In this document: positions 48,581 through 63,730 of the stretch, one piece after another
Layout of the letters: the number at the start of each line of letters is the position of its first letter
Position numbering within the stretch: position 1 is the first letter of the stretch
Origin: Antedon mediterranea
Taxonomy: Eukaryota > Animalia > Echinodermata
Assembly: GCF_964355755.1 (NCBI RefSeq)
Contig: NC_092672.1
Span: 37,206,437 to 37,270,436, forward strand
Reading direction: 5' to 3'
Length of the DNA: 64,000 bases
Program-made: the position numbers and the translations under genes
The notes under the pieces: generated by a model
Database searches by the model: none
The model's input: only the letters and a program-made list of their open reading frames with translations
Told to the model about the DNA's origin: nothing

Positions 48581-51500
48581 ACACAAAAGATTAAAAACAA
48601 GTAAGCAGTCAGGAAGTAATATATAAGTTAATTCTACGTTTAAAAGAGAATCATAAAATATATCAAAATAATAATCTAATAAAACGACAAATGAATTATG
48701 ATCTAATATTTTGAAGTCTGTCAAGCATTAAGCAAAGATGATGATGGCGCTGTAATGATTATTCTGCATTTATCGACAATACAATAAGGAACAGGCTATT
48801 CCAAATAAGGATAAGACACATTCAATTCAATACAAGAGAAAAGGAAATGAAAATAGGGTTGAGGTCAAATCGAGGTCAACAATCAAAAAGCGCATAATTA
48901 TACCATATTTATAGAAACTTTGTAATTACGTAGTCAAATCAACTTGAACTCCTGGTCAAAGGTTAAAAAGCATCGTATTATTTGGATAATAATCTGGTTA
49001 AAATGAGATAATTAATCGGATAATTTTGTCTCGAATCTGTTAAACCTGGTTGTCATATAATTTTTATCAGAATTTTGGCTGCGGAAGAAACACCAGTCAG
49101 TTGTCGCTTGTAGTACAATCACTCCTGGCGTTAGAGGGCGACACAGCATATCAATGGAAAGAAAAATGACTATATTGCACCGTATTACTGGGATATAATT
49201 ATTATAAACAACTTAAATGACTGCTATCACAAGATAGGCTACTGTTGATATCTTTATTCATAATTGTTTCCATATTATATTTAACTGAGGTAAGTTTGCA
49301 CATTTTGTTTGGCTTATATTTTCTTTAATACTTTTTATTTTACTTGAGTTTCATGTTTCATCGTGAGGTGTTATTTTTTATATTTCGGCTTTTTAAATTG
49401 TTTATTGTTTTTAAAACAATGACAGAAGATTATTTTTCTTGGACGTCGCTGATTAATTATACTACTTATTAATATAACTTATTCTAGGCCTTCTCAATAT
49501 CTGTGTATAGCTAAAGTGAATACATTTAGTTGATTATCTTTGAAGTATTCTTCTGTCTGTTTTTTTCTCTTTTCCCAGTTTTAAATTGTCATTTTGAAAA
49601 AAGTAAAGATATATACTAAATATGCTAAATAATATTATTATAATAAAAAATTAATCTTTTTTAAACTTAAATTAAGAAAAATAGAATTATCTACTATTAT
49701 TGTTTTATTTATTTTTTATATTGTGCATTTCATTGTAAACGTTTATTGATGCTAGCATTTAGGCTATGTTGCAAGGTAATTTCGGTCAAGTCAATATTTA
49801 CACAACCCTATTATTATTAAAAATAAGTATATCAAAAACATCGACCATAATGATAATAGAAATGATGTTGTCCAGTTAAAAAAGGATACGAACAGTTAAT
49901 GGATTAACAGGCAATTGTAGGTCCGACCTACGAGTTGCAGTTACCTTCTCCTTGAACACAAAATGATGGGTAGGTCTAGCCTCGCCTATATACTGTATAG
50001 CCTAGTGGTTGTAAATCTATATTCATTATTAATTGCATAAACACGTAATAATCTAAAACAACACATCAATCAATCAGTACTATGACTACTTTATTATTAT
50101 AATAGTTAGATGTGTATACAAACTACTTAAAATCCACAAATTAAAATCACAATTGTTTCAGTTCATTTTGTTGTTACTGATGTCAGTGGTCCATATACAC
50201 CTACGGGTCATAGAGCATGGCGTCACATGCCCGCACAAATCATTAGCTTACCACTACTATTCGATCTCAATCAGCTAAAAGATCGATATGAACGTGGGCT
50301 CAGAGAAATCATTGGACCTTTCTTACTACTACTGGCTATAAACATACCATACATAATCATTGTAGGTTGCTTATTCAATGATTAAGATATCTCTCACTGG
50401 ATTTGTTTTTAAGGTAAGAAAAGCTAAGACAGAAATTCTTGTTTTAGTATCGTACGTATTATAGGAAATTTTATATTATATAGAAACACGTTTTCAAATT
50501 GTGGGCTGTTAATTTAATATATAGTAGTAGTACCCCGATACACAGGCGGTATTAAGTCTAACGACAATAAACAGCACGCAGTATTGTGTCTTCTGAAACC
50601 AACCTTCATCCCATATGTTTTGTTTTATTTTTATAGTGAAACACTTTTTTTAGAGGGTTAAGTTTTTTTTAGGAGTTATGTTGGTGTGATATGGTTAAGG
50701 CGTCTGCAGATACGATACTGCAAACTGTTTATTGTCGCTAGACATGATACCGTCAAGAATAATAATAAATGTTTCTAACACCAATTTGAATTAATATTTA
50801 TTAGTAATCAGATATAATCCCACATTTGGATTTTATACAATCACTAATTACGTAATAGTGTGCTACAATCATTTAAACGACATTATGTATTTCTCATTAT
50901 TATTATTATTATTATGGGCTTATTTAGGTAGACTATCTAGAGAAATAACTAACTTATTTCTCCATAGGTAGACTATCTAGAGAAATAGTCATTCTGTAAT
51001 TGGTTATGTTTAATGTAATTGAAATAAAAAAAAGGTAACTAATTATTTTTTCATGAATAACTTTACAAAATGATTTTAAATAATTTTAAATAAGAATTGT
51101 AATTGAATAAAACTAAAACTTACATAAACAACTAGTACTAGTATGCTTTATTTTAAGGGGAATGGGGCCACGACACGCCAAGCCTAATGAGAACTTTGTG
51201 TTTGTGAGCAGTATTCCTGCAACTTGTTATCGTTTATGTTACTCTAGGCAACAACATTACAATAATCATTCTTTTTGTATGTATGTTTGGAACAAAACTT
51301 GAGATAGAAAGGAGAAAGTCTTCACTAATTCGAAACCATGGATTCACATATGCACGGGACGCATGCGCAAGGTTCGGACTTATTAGTCTCGCGTGTTGTG
51401 GGAATTACGCTCATAAGTAGGATTGGTCAGTGACCTTCGTCTGAAAAACATGATATTAATACAGCTGCTGAGAATGTAAAATGCGTAGGAGACAAAATGA

Positions 51501-51863
51501 GACATTAAATAAAATTTGTCAACTGATCTCCACAATCACACTCTCTAAAAAAGAGTTCGAACGGTCCCTTTTCCTGGCTTCACCTTATCTAAAGCTCTGT
51601 CTACTAAATGTGATGTGTCCCATAATGGACATGATGATATTACTACCATATTTGGGCAAATCACATTTTTTTGTAAAACTATTTTGATATTGTAGACAGT
51701 TAAGAAATCGATTAAAATACTTTAAGCAGTAACTGTATTAAATATTGTAATAAATATAGATGATAATTGTATTTAACTACTGTGGATTAGCTTTGCGTCA
51801 TGGTGTTGAGTAATTATTGTTCAGATGTTTGCCCTACTCTGACGTAATTGTATTTATACTTAA

Positions 51864-52040
51864 GCTTGGTTCCCACTAGAACGTAACGCAAGGACGTAAA
51901 CGCAACGCAAGCGTTTTAACCAATGACAAGCGAACTTATAGACAGTTAGCAATCACAAGCGAATAAGTCATCGCTTGTGATTGGTAAATTCACTTGCGTT
52001 GCGTTACGTCCTTGCGTTGCGTCGCTAGTAGGAACCACGC
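51864..52040. mobile_element. MITE family 2 (TIR gcttggttcccactag)
   Basis: Long palindromic arms with acgcaacgcaag motifs; TTAA-like flanks; relatives at ~33210-33364 and 63580-63730. Confidence 0.72.
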
Positions 52041-52979
52041 TTAAGTAACATTGAGAACAATACTCTTGCTTTGAGGTTAGCATTTAATAATTATGAAAAT
52101 GAGTATAAGTAGTCGTTCTACGTTGGCAATATTATGGTATGTTTATTTGCGCTGACAAAGAATATGATGGTGGATTATACTTAATAATATAGATAATACT
52201 AAGACAAATATTAAAGTATAATGAGATATGGGATTATTGTCGGCACATTCGCTTTGTGCAAAAACTATTAATTCAAATTAAAAAATAAACTTTAATTCTT
52301 ATTAGCTTTACTTTGATCGTTCTGTTATTAACAAATGTTTTATCAAATATACAGATACAAAAAAGTTAGTATTATTTAGCGACGTGAAACGCGCCACGCG
52401 ATTACGCGATTACGCAGCGATTACGCAGCGATTCCGCGCTTGACCATATTTCTGAGCATGCGTAGAATGTAGTCATGCAAATGCAACAGAACATTATTTA
52501 AGTAAAGTTACCATTTTTTACCGTTTTCTTAAATGAGAGATCCTGTCCGGGGATCCTGTTCAAACATCGTTAGCAACATGTTGCCAGGAGACGTCAGTGA
52601 CGACAGCCAATGTTTCTATACGGTTCGCTGAGTAATAACAATGTTTAACGTAATTATCAAATCAAATACATTATTGTATATTTATTGACAGTGAAGGATG
52701 CGGAATAATAATAATTAATGTGAATAGATTTGAATTACTAACATCATTAAAAAGAAGCGTGATAAAACAAACACACGATAATTGACAATAACCGCTGGCA
52801 AGTCAATAAGTCATCGTATACCACCAATACGCTACTTTGATGAGCCGAGAGGTTCCCTAAATAAAGTTATTGATTTTGGTACCGATTACAGAAAGAAGAA
52901 TGAAGATTGTTTAATCGACTGTTTAAGAAAGATATCCTCATCTTTAGATTTATTTAACAAATATTAGGAGTAAAATGCG

Positions 52980-53450
52980 TTTCATCATTCCTCTTATCAA
53001 CACTTCATCATCAATCTTATCGACATTTCATCATCACTCTTATCAACACTTGATCATCACTTTTATCAACATTTCATCATCACTCGTATCAAAATTTCAT
53101 CATTACTATACTCTGATCAAAGCTTCATCATCACTCTTATTAACATTTCATCATCACTCTTATCAACATCTCATCATTACTCATATCAATATTTCCTCAT
53201 CACTCGTATCAACACTTCATCATCACTCTCATCAACACTTCATCACTCTTATCAACATTTCATCATCACTCTTATCAACATTTCATCATCACTCTTATCA
53301 ACACTAAATCATCATTTTTATCGACATTTCATCATCACTCGTATCAACATTTCATCATTACTCGTATCAACATTTCATCATCATTCTTATCAACACTTCA
53401 TCATCACTCTCATAAACACTTCATCACTCTTATCAACATTTTATCATCAA
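52980..53450. repeat. Degenerate ~23-bp tandem repeat
   Basis: Unit catttcatcatcactcttatcaa. Confidence 0.9.
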
Positions 53451-53974
53451 CATTATAAGTAATACCATTCAATATAACAGAAATACGGTAAGGAAATAGG
53501 TCAGCAGAAAAATAAATTGTTTGTAAAACATAAATTTAAGCACTTAATCAGTGATGGCTGCTTTAATCATACAATGGATGAAAGAGGGGTTTTCTTTTTA
53601 GAAAAAAACTACTGGTGCTGCAAAGATCACAGATGTTTAGCTAAAAAACACTGTTGATTTAAAAATATATCATCATATTAATGGCCCTACAACCTGATGA
53701 AATACAGGTTTAGTTTAATATTCATTAGATAATTTACCATTATGGTAATTACTGGAAATGAATGATCCCTTGTTTAATTCCGAGGCCAACGTCACAGAAT
53801 CGATTGTATATCATAATCCTTTGCATTCCCGTAGTAATTAACGATTATTCTCCATAGAATTCCACAAAATCGGCGATTTTCAATCTTTTTTAACGCCATT
53901 GTCCGGAAGTTTTAAATGCCACGGAACTGTCATCTTCGGTGTGAACATTATAAAACAAACTTTTAGTTTCTTAA

Positions 53975-54067
53975 GCTCTGTCTACACTTATCAAACTAGT
54001 TTCACAAAAAAAGTGTGTTGTGCCCAAATATGGTATGATATAGTAAGTTTGACAGTGTAGACAGAGC
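53975..54067. mobile_element. MITE family 1
   Basis: gctctgtctacac...gtgtagacagagc. Confidence 0.7.
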
Positions 54068-55532
54068 GTAACTGTGTCTCCTGGATAGGGGTTGGCCGTG
54101 GTGTTAAACTATTCGTTTTACTGGAAAGTCTCCACTTTATTAGGGGTCCCATCAATAGGAGTTGTTCGTAGTAATATTTTCTATCATTCGTTTAATGCCC
54201 CTAATAATAAGACTTTCTCAACTGAGAGGTTCTCTGTAATCGGTGTAATTGCGTAGGCCTAGTAGCAGCTTACAATGTTTGGTCTACATTATATAGAAAA
54301 CTGGTTCAAAGAATTATTTATCAAAATTTAAACTAAAATGACGAATGATTATAATGATCATTGTCTGGGTTTGAAATTAATAATTGTAAAAAAAAAAAAG
54401 TGCAATCTTGATAGATACATTTAAGAAACCTAGGGCGTAAAATGTGAAATAATACTTTATAGAAATGTTAATCATCACGGTTTGTAACGGACCGCCGAGC
54501 TTATATCTAAGAATCTAGGATTGGAAAGATAGTGTAGAAATAGAGTATGACATTAAAGGAAACCAATGATTTATCTATGAACCACCAACCCTCTACATGA
54601 GTTCACACAAAACTTATAACAGACAATTTTGCTTATGTCTTTGGTTTTTGTTCACTAAAATCGGTTTTAATATTCCTGATCCTTTAAAGTTCAGTGTTAC
54701 ATCCTATAGACAAAACAATGAGTTCTATTTATGTTAGATTATTTTCCAATGAACCGTTCTATCATCACATGATGTATGTATACAGTACTGCACTACTTTG
54801 AGAAAAGGGCTTAACAACATTTTTTTTTTCGAAATTGAGATTTTTGTTTTATTCGAATCTTGGGGGTAGGCCCTATACTATATCACTTGAATTGACCAGT
54901 TATCCTAAAATATACTATGAACTTTTGTAATGAAGAACAGAAACACGTTTTGATAAATTACTCAAAAGTAGCTATGTCTAAATAAGCCCTTTTCTCAAAG
55001 TACGGCAGAGTAGTCTTCACACCAGTATGGGACTACTGGACCGTTTTTAGAGATGTTTACCACTTGTTGGTCCCGATCCTTCACTAACAGTGTTAGTGAG
55101 AAGTTGAATAAATTAAATAAAATAAAAACTACGCCGAAAATATTTTCCTTTCTTACTGTTTTTTGTGTGAATGCAGCTGTGACAAGATTTGAACCCTGCA
55201 ACTTGTAGTCGACAAGATCACAGCCACCAAGCAAACCAACTCTGTAAACTGCGTTGGTTGACTTTCAGTGTAATCGGTAAAATGCGAGTGGTTGTCAACG
55301 TCAAAATTAATCTAACCGACTCCATTTATTAATTATGATATCCACAAATTGTATACTCCGATTACATCAAAAGAAAGCACACACTGCCATTGGCAAAACG
55401 TAACATCAACACACAGAGAGAAACTGATTTGAATATTTTTAAGTAAGTCGTCGGCGGATTTGATTGGAATCAACAGGTAGTAGTTGCAGCAGGCTAATTC
55501 TACTAACAACATCTTATTTTTATTTCAGGGCT

Positions 55533-58500
55533 ATGAGTTTTCTGACAATGATAATCAAGATCTTCATTATAATTGCATATTTGTCAGTAGGTAAGTAAAC
55601 ATTTCTTTAGATACAAATAGGCCTTTATTATAAATATAGTTATGTCTATATTTATATAACAACATTTCAAATGAGCTGGTGTGTTATCACTTTGCTATTT
55701 TTCCATGCAAAATCATTATACTGGTGTAAACTCTTAATCTTTTAAACTGTAAAACTGTGTTCACTGCATAAATATGGTGGTAATTTCTTACGTGTGCGCC
55801 GCGCACAGCACTGTGTTCACGCATGTCAGAAACGGCAATCGTTCGGACACTCACGTAACGCGCGCGTTATAATTGCTCACACAGATATTTTTTCAAATTT
55901 TACATATAAAACGTTTACCAAATTTGGCTTCCCCGAAGCAATTCGATTCAATTTAAGCTTAGAATATTTCTAAAATTGAATGCGATTCAAATCACTCTCG
56001 ATCATTCATGTCGTTAACGATTATCGAAATACATTCAGAAAAATCGATGTACATATTCTGTTACTAATAGTCATATCATGTTCTTTGTGTTAATGGAGAT
56101 AGTCAAAACTATGAAGCGATCTCATCAAAGGTCACTTAATACACTGCATATGACAGAACTTTTCAAATAGTATAAAATAACATAATCATGTCTATAAGAT
56201 AAAATATAATTTTCTCCAGATTCGAACTGTGTAATGTGACCTAACTATAAAAGTATTGATTCTAATATTACATTGAATAAGAAGCAGTATTCGTTAAAAG
56301 GATGGAAAATAATTATAAATTTACATAACAATCTATCAAAATATCGTATTAAGTCGATCAGGTAAGAGTAGGCTTAATAAGTTGCATGACGACGGAAATT
56401 ATAGGGACAAAGTTTCAGATGTTGAAATGCCTGCAATATTCTAGTTTTTTTTAAGCAGAAAAAGTATCTCTGTCAAATGTAAAAAAAAATAAAAGTTTAT
56501 TATATATACTGTATAAACATGGATTTGTAGGTTATTGCTACCTCTAAACTATGTTCTATTACCGTAACCTTTAACCTTTGCATGTATTACTTTAACCTTT
56601 AACCTCTCTTATATAGGGTCAGCTTTACGAAGTAATGAGTCAATGCTGACAGAGCAGCTACTTTTATCCTATGGTCCTCGGACAACTCGACCAGTAGATT
56701 TTAAAAATTCTACTGTAAATGTCACCTTACGGTTCATTGTAACGCAAGTTATAAACTTGGTAAAACACATTTTCCTCATTTCATTAGGTCTAAATTATAT
56801 TTATTTTTTAATTTTTATTGTTACATGTTTATGTCTCGTCATGTTGTATTTTTGTGAGGTTCCCTAATGCTTCGGCTGAATGGACAACCCTCGTAAAATA
56901 TTGTTGAAATAAAATAAATAAATAAATAAAGCTCTGTATACACTATCAAACTGACAAAAAAGTGTGATATTCCCAAATATGGTAGTGATGTTTCCCAAAT
57001 ATGATAGTGATATGCCCAAATATGGTAGTGATATGCCCAAATATGGTAGTGATAATGTCATCGTATCCATGGGCACACATCACATAAAGTTTAGTGTAGG
57101 CAGAGCTTAATTTTCACTTATAACAACTTTTCCAGTTTAATAAGTGGCGCAGAAACATTGGACGGTTACTCATAAGATATGATCATTAATGAATAATACT
57201 AAAAACAATGTTTGACTGTTCGCTATGTTAAACAACCGCCTACACTTTGCCCATAACTCCTAATAGAAGCAATTTTGACGGTTATAGTTGATGTCTGTGA
57301 CAACTATACAATGTTTTGAAAGCAAATTAATACATCTAATGGCTTATCAATCTTGCTAAAGGAACATTTATAGATGATTAAAATGATATACTGATCATTT
57401 TCTACAAATACATTTAAAAGCAAAACGTCTAATTCTATCATATTGATGGATAGCCAAAGTTAATATGTGATTAGTGAGTCTTACTTAAAGTGGAGCTCCA
57501 CCCAGAAAATTACTATTTTTCATACATTTCAATTATTATTTAAAAATATCATCCCCCATACTTCATTTTTTTTTAAATTTTTTTTCAATGAGTACGAGTT
57601 TCTTGAAAATCACGCCTTTTTGCGTTTTGGGGGGATACCTTGTAATTTCCTATTCTTTTACATGCAAAAGGGGGGTATATTTGAATAATCCTAAAAAATT
57701 AATTTCTTCACTAAAAAAAAAATTTTAAATGTAGTTTCATGTAATTTTTCCAGATCTTTCTATTTCTGGTATAGTTATCGCGTATACATTGCGCAATTTT
57801 GCGTAAATAGACACTTTCCCCCGTTCGGGTCCAATTGGGTTTTTTATTTTGCTAGGGAGTATGATCACGTGACATTTTTCACAATCACACTACTGCAGCT
57901 GGCGATCTGTTATTTTGTCGCGATGTTATTTTTGACGGGCAAAAAGTATATTAAAACATTCTGAATGTGACCCTATCATGTTTCACAGTGTAATAATGTG
58001 ATTATGAGACTTATTACTAAAATGTCAAATCTAACGAGATTTGAGAAAGATGTGGCTATATATTCAATAAAGCTAGGCCTAGGCCTACTAGAGTGTAGGT
58101 ATGTACCGATGCTGCTTGGGCTCCAGCTGCTAGGCTGACACTCAGCAGTGAAGTTTGTTCTGCTGTCACCCAACCTCGGCCTACCCATATGGGCCATGAT
58201 AGGGTGCCTGAATAGTTGCTTTTCAGTCAGGCCTAAGCTTCCACATCGCTTTACTACTCTTGTTCTGTATAGGATTTTGTGTTTCACAATTCTAATGTGC
58301 GAGAAAACCCAGGAATGATAAATGGAGCGAAACGACCAAGAATTTTTAAACCCATGAATGCATATAGGCCTAGACAAAAAATTCAAGGCTAGCTAGGCTG
58401 AGCAGACGGCTTAGCTAGGCCTAGCTTAAAGTTAATAAACAATCTGATAAGATTATTATGCTGTTGTTGTACAGTGCAAATCATGAGGTTACAATACATG

Positions 58501-61500
58501 TAAATTATACCAGGGAGTTGCTCCCTGATTATACTGACATTTTTATCGGAAATATTACTTAGGCCTAAGTCGTATAAAATCGTATAAAATGTATTCCCCA
58601 TTTTTCGACACATAATTTACCAAAGGGGAGACATTTCACCCATGCGTTCACCGGCGACTAAAACGCGTCAATTGCTAAGTGTAACGCGTTTCGCGACGTA
58701 TTGTAAACTAATAACCCCTAAGTTACTGAAAAAGTGTAATGTATTAAAAAACACTATTTTCTGACCGATTTTTTGGAAATGAGTTTTTGGAAAATATTTC
58801 CGTATTTTCCCTGTTTTTTTTATGTAATCACTTTCAATTAAACATACTTAAACATAATATAAGCTGAGAAAGTCTGAGTGTAGCTCCACTTTAAGTAAAA
58901 TAGTTTTCCATTTCGATCTGAATGATTTACAGTTAAATACATTGTTTAGTACCAAGATTTTTATGGTGTTTTTTTTTTCAGGACGAAAAGGCGCAAGCTT
59001 TAACGGTTAATGGATGGTTTAAAATGGTAAGGGTTTCCTCTTTTGAACTCTTCAAATCAGAACAAAATAGTAGTACATGTCAATAAAAGTGCGGTCTTTA
59101 AATATATAATGATATTTATTACACGATATCATTGTATAAAACTAAATTAGATAGTAGGCATTATGTTGTATTGTATTTACAATTTTTTTTTTTATTTTAC
59201 AAAATGTTATCTACATACAATACTACAGTTATTATGTTGTCCAGTTACTGTCTAAACAGATAAACTTTACTTCTATTGTCCTTAAATAACATGCTGATTT
59301 TTTTTTTCTTATGTAACGACAAATATCAATGAATAATCAGATAAATATTAATGTTTCTATAAAATGCTGTTTACACTGAAAGACAAACCCACAACATCCC
59401 ACGGATTTGGACAAATTAATTATGGTAATATTATGCTAATTTAATTATAGCGATTATGCATTTGGACAAGGACTAATAATCCATTGACAAGACCAAAATA
59501 AAAGAAAATAATATTCCGTTGATTACAATAACGCATCAAGTATTTTAATAGTTATTTTAGTTTAGTTTATTAAATATTAAAATCAGTAAAGATAATCCTG
59601 AGCAATAAATATTACATTATTCTATGGTATTAGAAGCAACAACATTTACATGATGGATAAAAAAAAAGGAGAAAAATGCAAGAGCATGTCTATCGAGCCC
59701 AACAACATTTTGGTGTAACGTCAGGCTAACTCAAAGATCTTCGGCTTAACTTAATGTTATCTCTATGGTCTCACTTCGACAAATTAACAAAGAAAAATGT
59801 ATAGTGTTATGAAACAATTACGGAGACAACACGTATAGGGTCCGACAAGGACTAATTGAGTCAACAACATTCAAGTCAAATTTGGTAGCTTTGAATTCTG
59901 CGCTCAACTAAACAAATACTAAGTATATTATAAATATTAAGTATATTATAAATATTAAGTATATTATAAATATTGTTTATTAATTAACACAGTGTTATTC
60001 TATGTACAGATATGGACGGATCAGAGATTAATATGGGACGAAAATGATCAAAATATTAAAGATATATTTGTTGAAAAGACTGATATATGGCTTCCAGACA
60101 TTACCTTATACAATAAGTAGGTGGAACTATTAGTCTTTATCTGATTCTTTATGCCTGAAGTACGACAAGGATTTCATTTCATTATTTATTCGGTCTATTT
60201 CAGTATATACATAACAAAAAAAACTGAAATTGGGGAGACCAGAGTCAACCTAAGTGAACTTAATCACTATAGCTGAGCCGGTTGTGTAAGCAAATGGCAC
60301 TAAAACAACTAGTAAATATACTAAAGATCGTGCCAATACTATTTATAAACAGAAATTACAACTTCTAAGATGTCCGCAGTAGACCTCTAACCTAATGGTT
60401 TATTGTTGGGTTTAAGGAGGCTGTGGCTGTAGTAGGTACTTTGATGTATGCTAGAAGAACTAGGCCTAGTCATGACCATCCACCTTTCTTATTATTCTCT
60501 GTATTTGCAATGTAAATTTACCAGTAAACGAATTATGCTAAACAGCAAAAATCCAAATCCGATTAGTATACTAAATAATTAAACATAAACTAAACATCTA
60601 GGGACGCATGCACACTCTCTCTGTCCATATTCATTACGAAATTCATTGAAATCAGAGCAGGCGTGAATGTGTCCTTTTAAACTGTTAAATTGCCCTGCTA
60701 TTCCAAACACATTGCTCCTATTTAATAAACAATTTATCTATATTTCTTAGTTTAATTGCCATTATGATTATAGTATAAATGCCTGTATAATATTACATTA
60801 AATAAACCAATTATGCAAATTAATTAAAGAAATGAGAAGTCAATTAAAAGCAGCAACAAAGTATCAATGATAATTATAATTTTATGTTCAATGATATTCC
60901 CAGGAGTTGGTTGCTATTATAAGCAATTCTCAATAGCATTTGGTTAATCTTAAGCTGCAAACGCATTAGCTAAACATAAAGTAAACTATTATGCTGTATT
61001 AATTATGCCGCATAAGATAATGTCGGCTTATCATTTTCATTAGTAAATGTGACATCCATTTTGGAACCTCAATAGTTATAATGTCACTAATATCTAAATA
61101 CTGTCTTATTATTTGTAAATTTTGCAAGTATACTATATTATATGTTATGTCTTTCAGTCATGTTAATGGTGACGTATGTTCACTGTAGGGTAAATAGAAT
61201 AAAACATATAAAAAAAATAATAATATTGGGTTAGATAAATTGACATGTAAGCCGAGTAGCCTACACCATAAAATTGTCCCAATATGCATGATGTACTCGA
61301 CTATGGACAAATTTAATCGTCCGGCTAGGAACAATGAGAATGGTAAAAAGTGGTATGTATATATGACTAAAGGAACATGAACAGAACTAGTTAAAATCGT
61401 GTTTTTTCCAACTTCTTTCTTTTCATAATAAAACAAAAATAAATTTACTTTCTTTTATTTCTCTCGAATCTCACTAGAGGGGAAGTACTGTTATTAAATA

Positions 61501-62107
61501 TAAACAGGATCTTTTTTCTTCTTTAACAAAGTTGATTTTGAATGAATGAATCATTATTGTTTCAGCATTGATGGTCAGTTTGAACGACAAAAAGAAGATG
61601 TTTTCCTTCGAGTGACCTCTGATGGCACAGTCACGTGGGCTTCTCCATCAATCTACACAAGTTCTTGCAGGATGAACGTTAGAAAATTTCCATTCGACAG
61701 CCAGCTCTGTACCTTAGAGTTTGGGTCCTGGACGTACGACGGCTACGAGCTAAACCTCATGACAGTTACGGGAAGAGACGCCGAACAAACCGAATTCACT
61801 GAAAACGGTGTATGGGTATTGACGTCTGTAAACGTTGCCAGACAAGTTCGCTACTTCAACTGCTGTCCAGAACCTTATCCGATCTTGACATATAGCCTTA
61901 AGTTAACCAGGCGTTACGAGTTCTATCTTGCTAACATATTACTACCTTGTATATTACTGTCTTTTCTTTCAATGCTGGTGTTTTATCTGCCACCAGAGAG
62001 TGGTGAGAAGATTTCCTTTGGAATGACCACTATTCTCGGATTACTGCTTTTTCAACAAATGATTGCTGAAACCTTACCTCCGAGTGCGGACAATGCTCCG
62101 ATTATAG
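55533..62107 (+). CDS. Nicotinic acetylcholine receptor alpha subunit (alpha9/alpha10-like), 3' part not found in window
   Basis: Exons 55533-55590 (signal peptide), 56617-56759 (YGPRTTRPV), 58982-59026 (DEKAQALTVNGW), 60010-60116 (WTDQRL..IWLPDITLYN), 61566-62107 (Cys-loop CRMNVRKFPFDSQLC, WTY, loop C YFNCCPEPY, TM1, GEK-TM2); phases match. Confidence 0.92.
56931..57106. mobile_element. MITE family 1
   Basis: gctctgtatacac...gtgtaggcagagc with 21-bp internal tandem repeats. Confidence 0.7.
57489..58890. mobile_element. Kolobok-like non-autonomous DNA transposon in nAChR intron
   Basis: TIRs agtggagctccacccaga/tctgagtgtagctccact, TTAA on both sides, AG...CT termini. Confidence 0.8.
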
Positions 62108-63579
62108 GTAAATACACAAACATTACCATATATTCCTACATTAAAGATGTATTGTCACCCAAAAACATGAAAATGAAGATTAATTAAATAAGCCAATGTC
62201 ACTATTTTATGCTTTAAATTACAGTTTTTCAGGTAACTACATTTTTTACAGTAATGATTTCCTCTCAACACAGTTATAATGGCAATATTTCATCGCTTGC
62301 GCGAAATAAATTTAAAACAATTGTAACTTCTGGGGAATTTTCCTAATTCTGTCAATTAAACGTCCGTTCGGTAAAATCACTCGATACTGATCGTTTATTG
62401 AAGAGATTTAGCTATCAGACGTGACAAAGTTAACAGGTGTGATTAATGACTTTCTTAATAATGTTCGTGTTCGACTTAATTATCTACACGTTTAAATCGA
62501 ACAAACAAATCGGTTGTCAGATATACTTGAATAGACTAATCAAACGAAAGGATTTATCTGGCCTTTAAACGAATACAATCGGAATAATATTATTTAAGTT
62601 CAAGGTAAAAAACGCGTTTCAGTAGAATTCATTCCAACAACATTTATTAACGTCCAAAACACAAATAGTAACAAAAACAACAATGGCAAGAGATAATAAA
62701 GAAAATGAACGAAGGCAGATCTCAGAAAGATTTGAATCTTGTGAAGAGATTGCCTTTACAAATTTATTTTTTTTAAATAGCAAATTTAGAAAAGAATAAA
62801 TAAATAAAGTATAGGCCTAGAATTGTACACTAATAATATTATAATCATCGCAGATAATGAATCAAGGCAAAACGCGATATATTCTTCGTATCTGAAAACG
62901 CGTTTTCTGTACTGTTTGACGAATTTCCACAATTTAGTTTTCAACAGAAAAATCAAAGGAAACCAATTATATACCTACAAAACCAAAATTCATTAATTAA
63001 ACACAATTCAATAAAAACAATTGTTTCTCAATTTAAACAAGCTGGTAGGATGTAGAATGGATACCGTGCTTTCGTCGTCGGGCTTATTGAATATTCAATA
63101 TATTTAATATATCTCGGTAACTTTATTTAAAACCAACCGATGAATAGTAAAATAAAATAAATATTGTTTGTTTGTTTGTTTGTTTTATTGCAGCAAATAC
63201 AAAAAGAACGTTAATAATCTGGCTTAAAAAGCTAAACTATGAACTAAAAAAAATAATTGTATTTCTTCTTTCTGACGATAATAATTGTTTGAAAAATATA
63301 ACATGGTAGTGATTGAAAGGTTGACCCTAATTGTATATCAACTGACCTTTTTACACTTTCTTTATACCCTTATATCCGATAATGACCTTATAGTGCAGCA
63401 GTATAAAATGTGTTGATTGCAGTAAAAAGGCACTCTTAGGGTTTTAGCTTATTTATCTTTATTACAAATAAATGCTTCATAAGATCATCAAACAATAATA
63501 TGAACAAAAATTATGTTTAGATACTGTTTTACATTACGTGCATTGTTGGGTTCGAAATACCTACCCCGCACTGCTTTAA

Positions 63580-63730
63580 GCTTGGTTCGCGACGCAACGC
63601 AAGGACGTAACGCAACGCAAAGTGATTGACTAATCACAAGCAATGGATTATTCGAACAGTGACTTGTCGTTGGTTAACTCGCTTGCGTTGCGCGTGCGCC
63701 CTTGCGTTTCGTCACTAGTTGGAACCAAGC
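63580..63730. mobile_element. MITE family 2
   Basis: gcttggttc...gaaccaagc termini and the same internal motifs. Confidence 0.68.

Noticed and set aside
52975-53307. His/Ser-rich 110-aa ORF
   Set aside because: Translation of a degenerate 23-bp tandem repeat.
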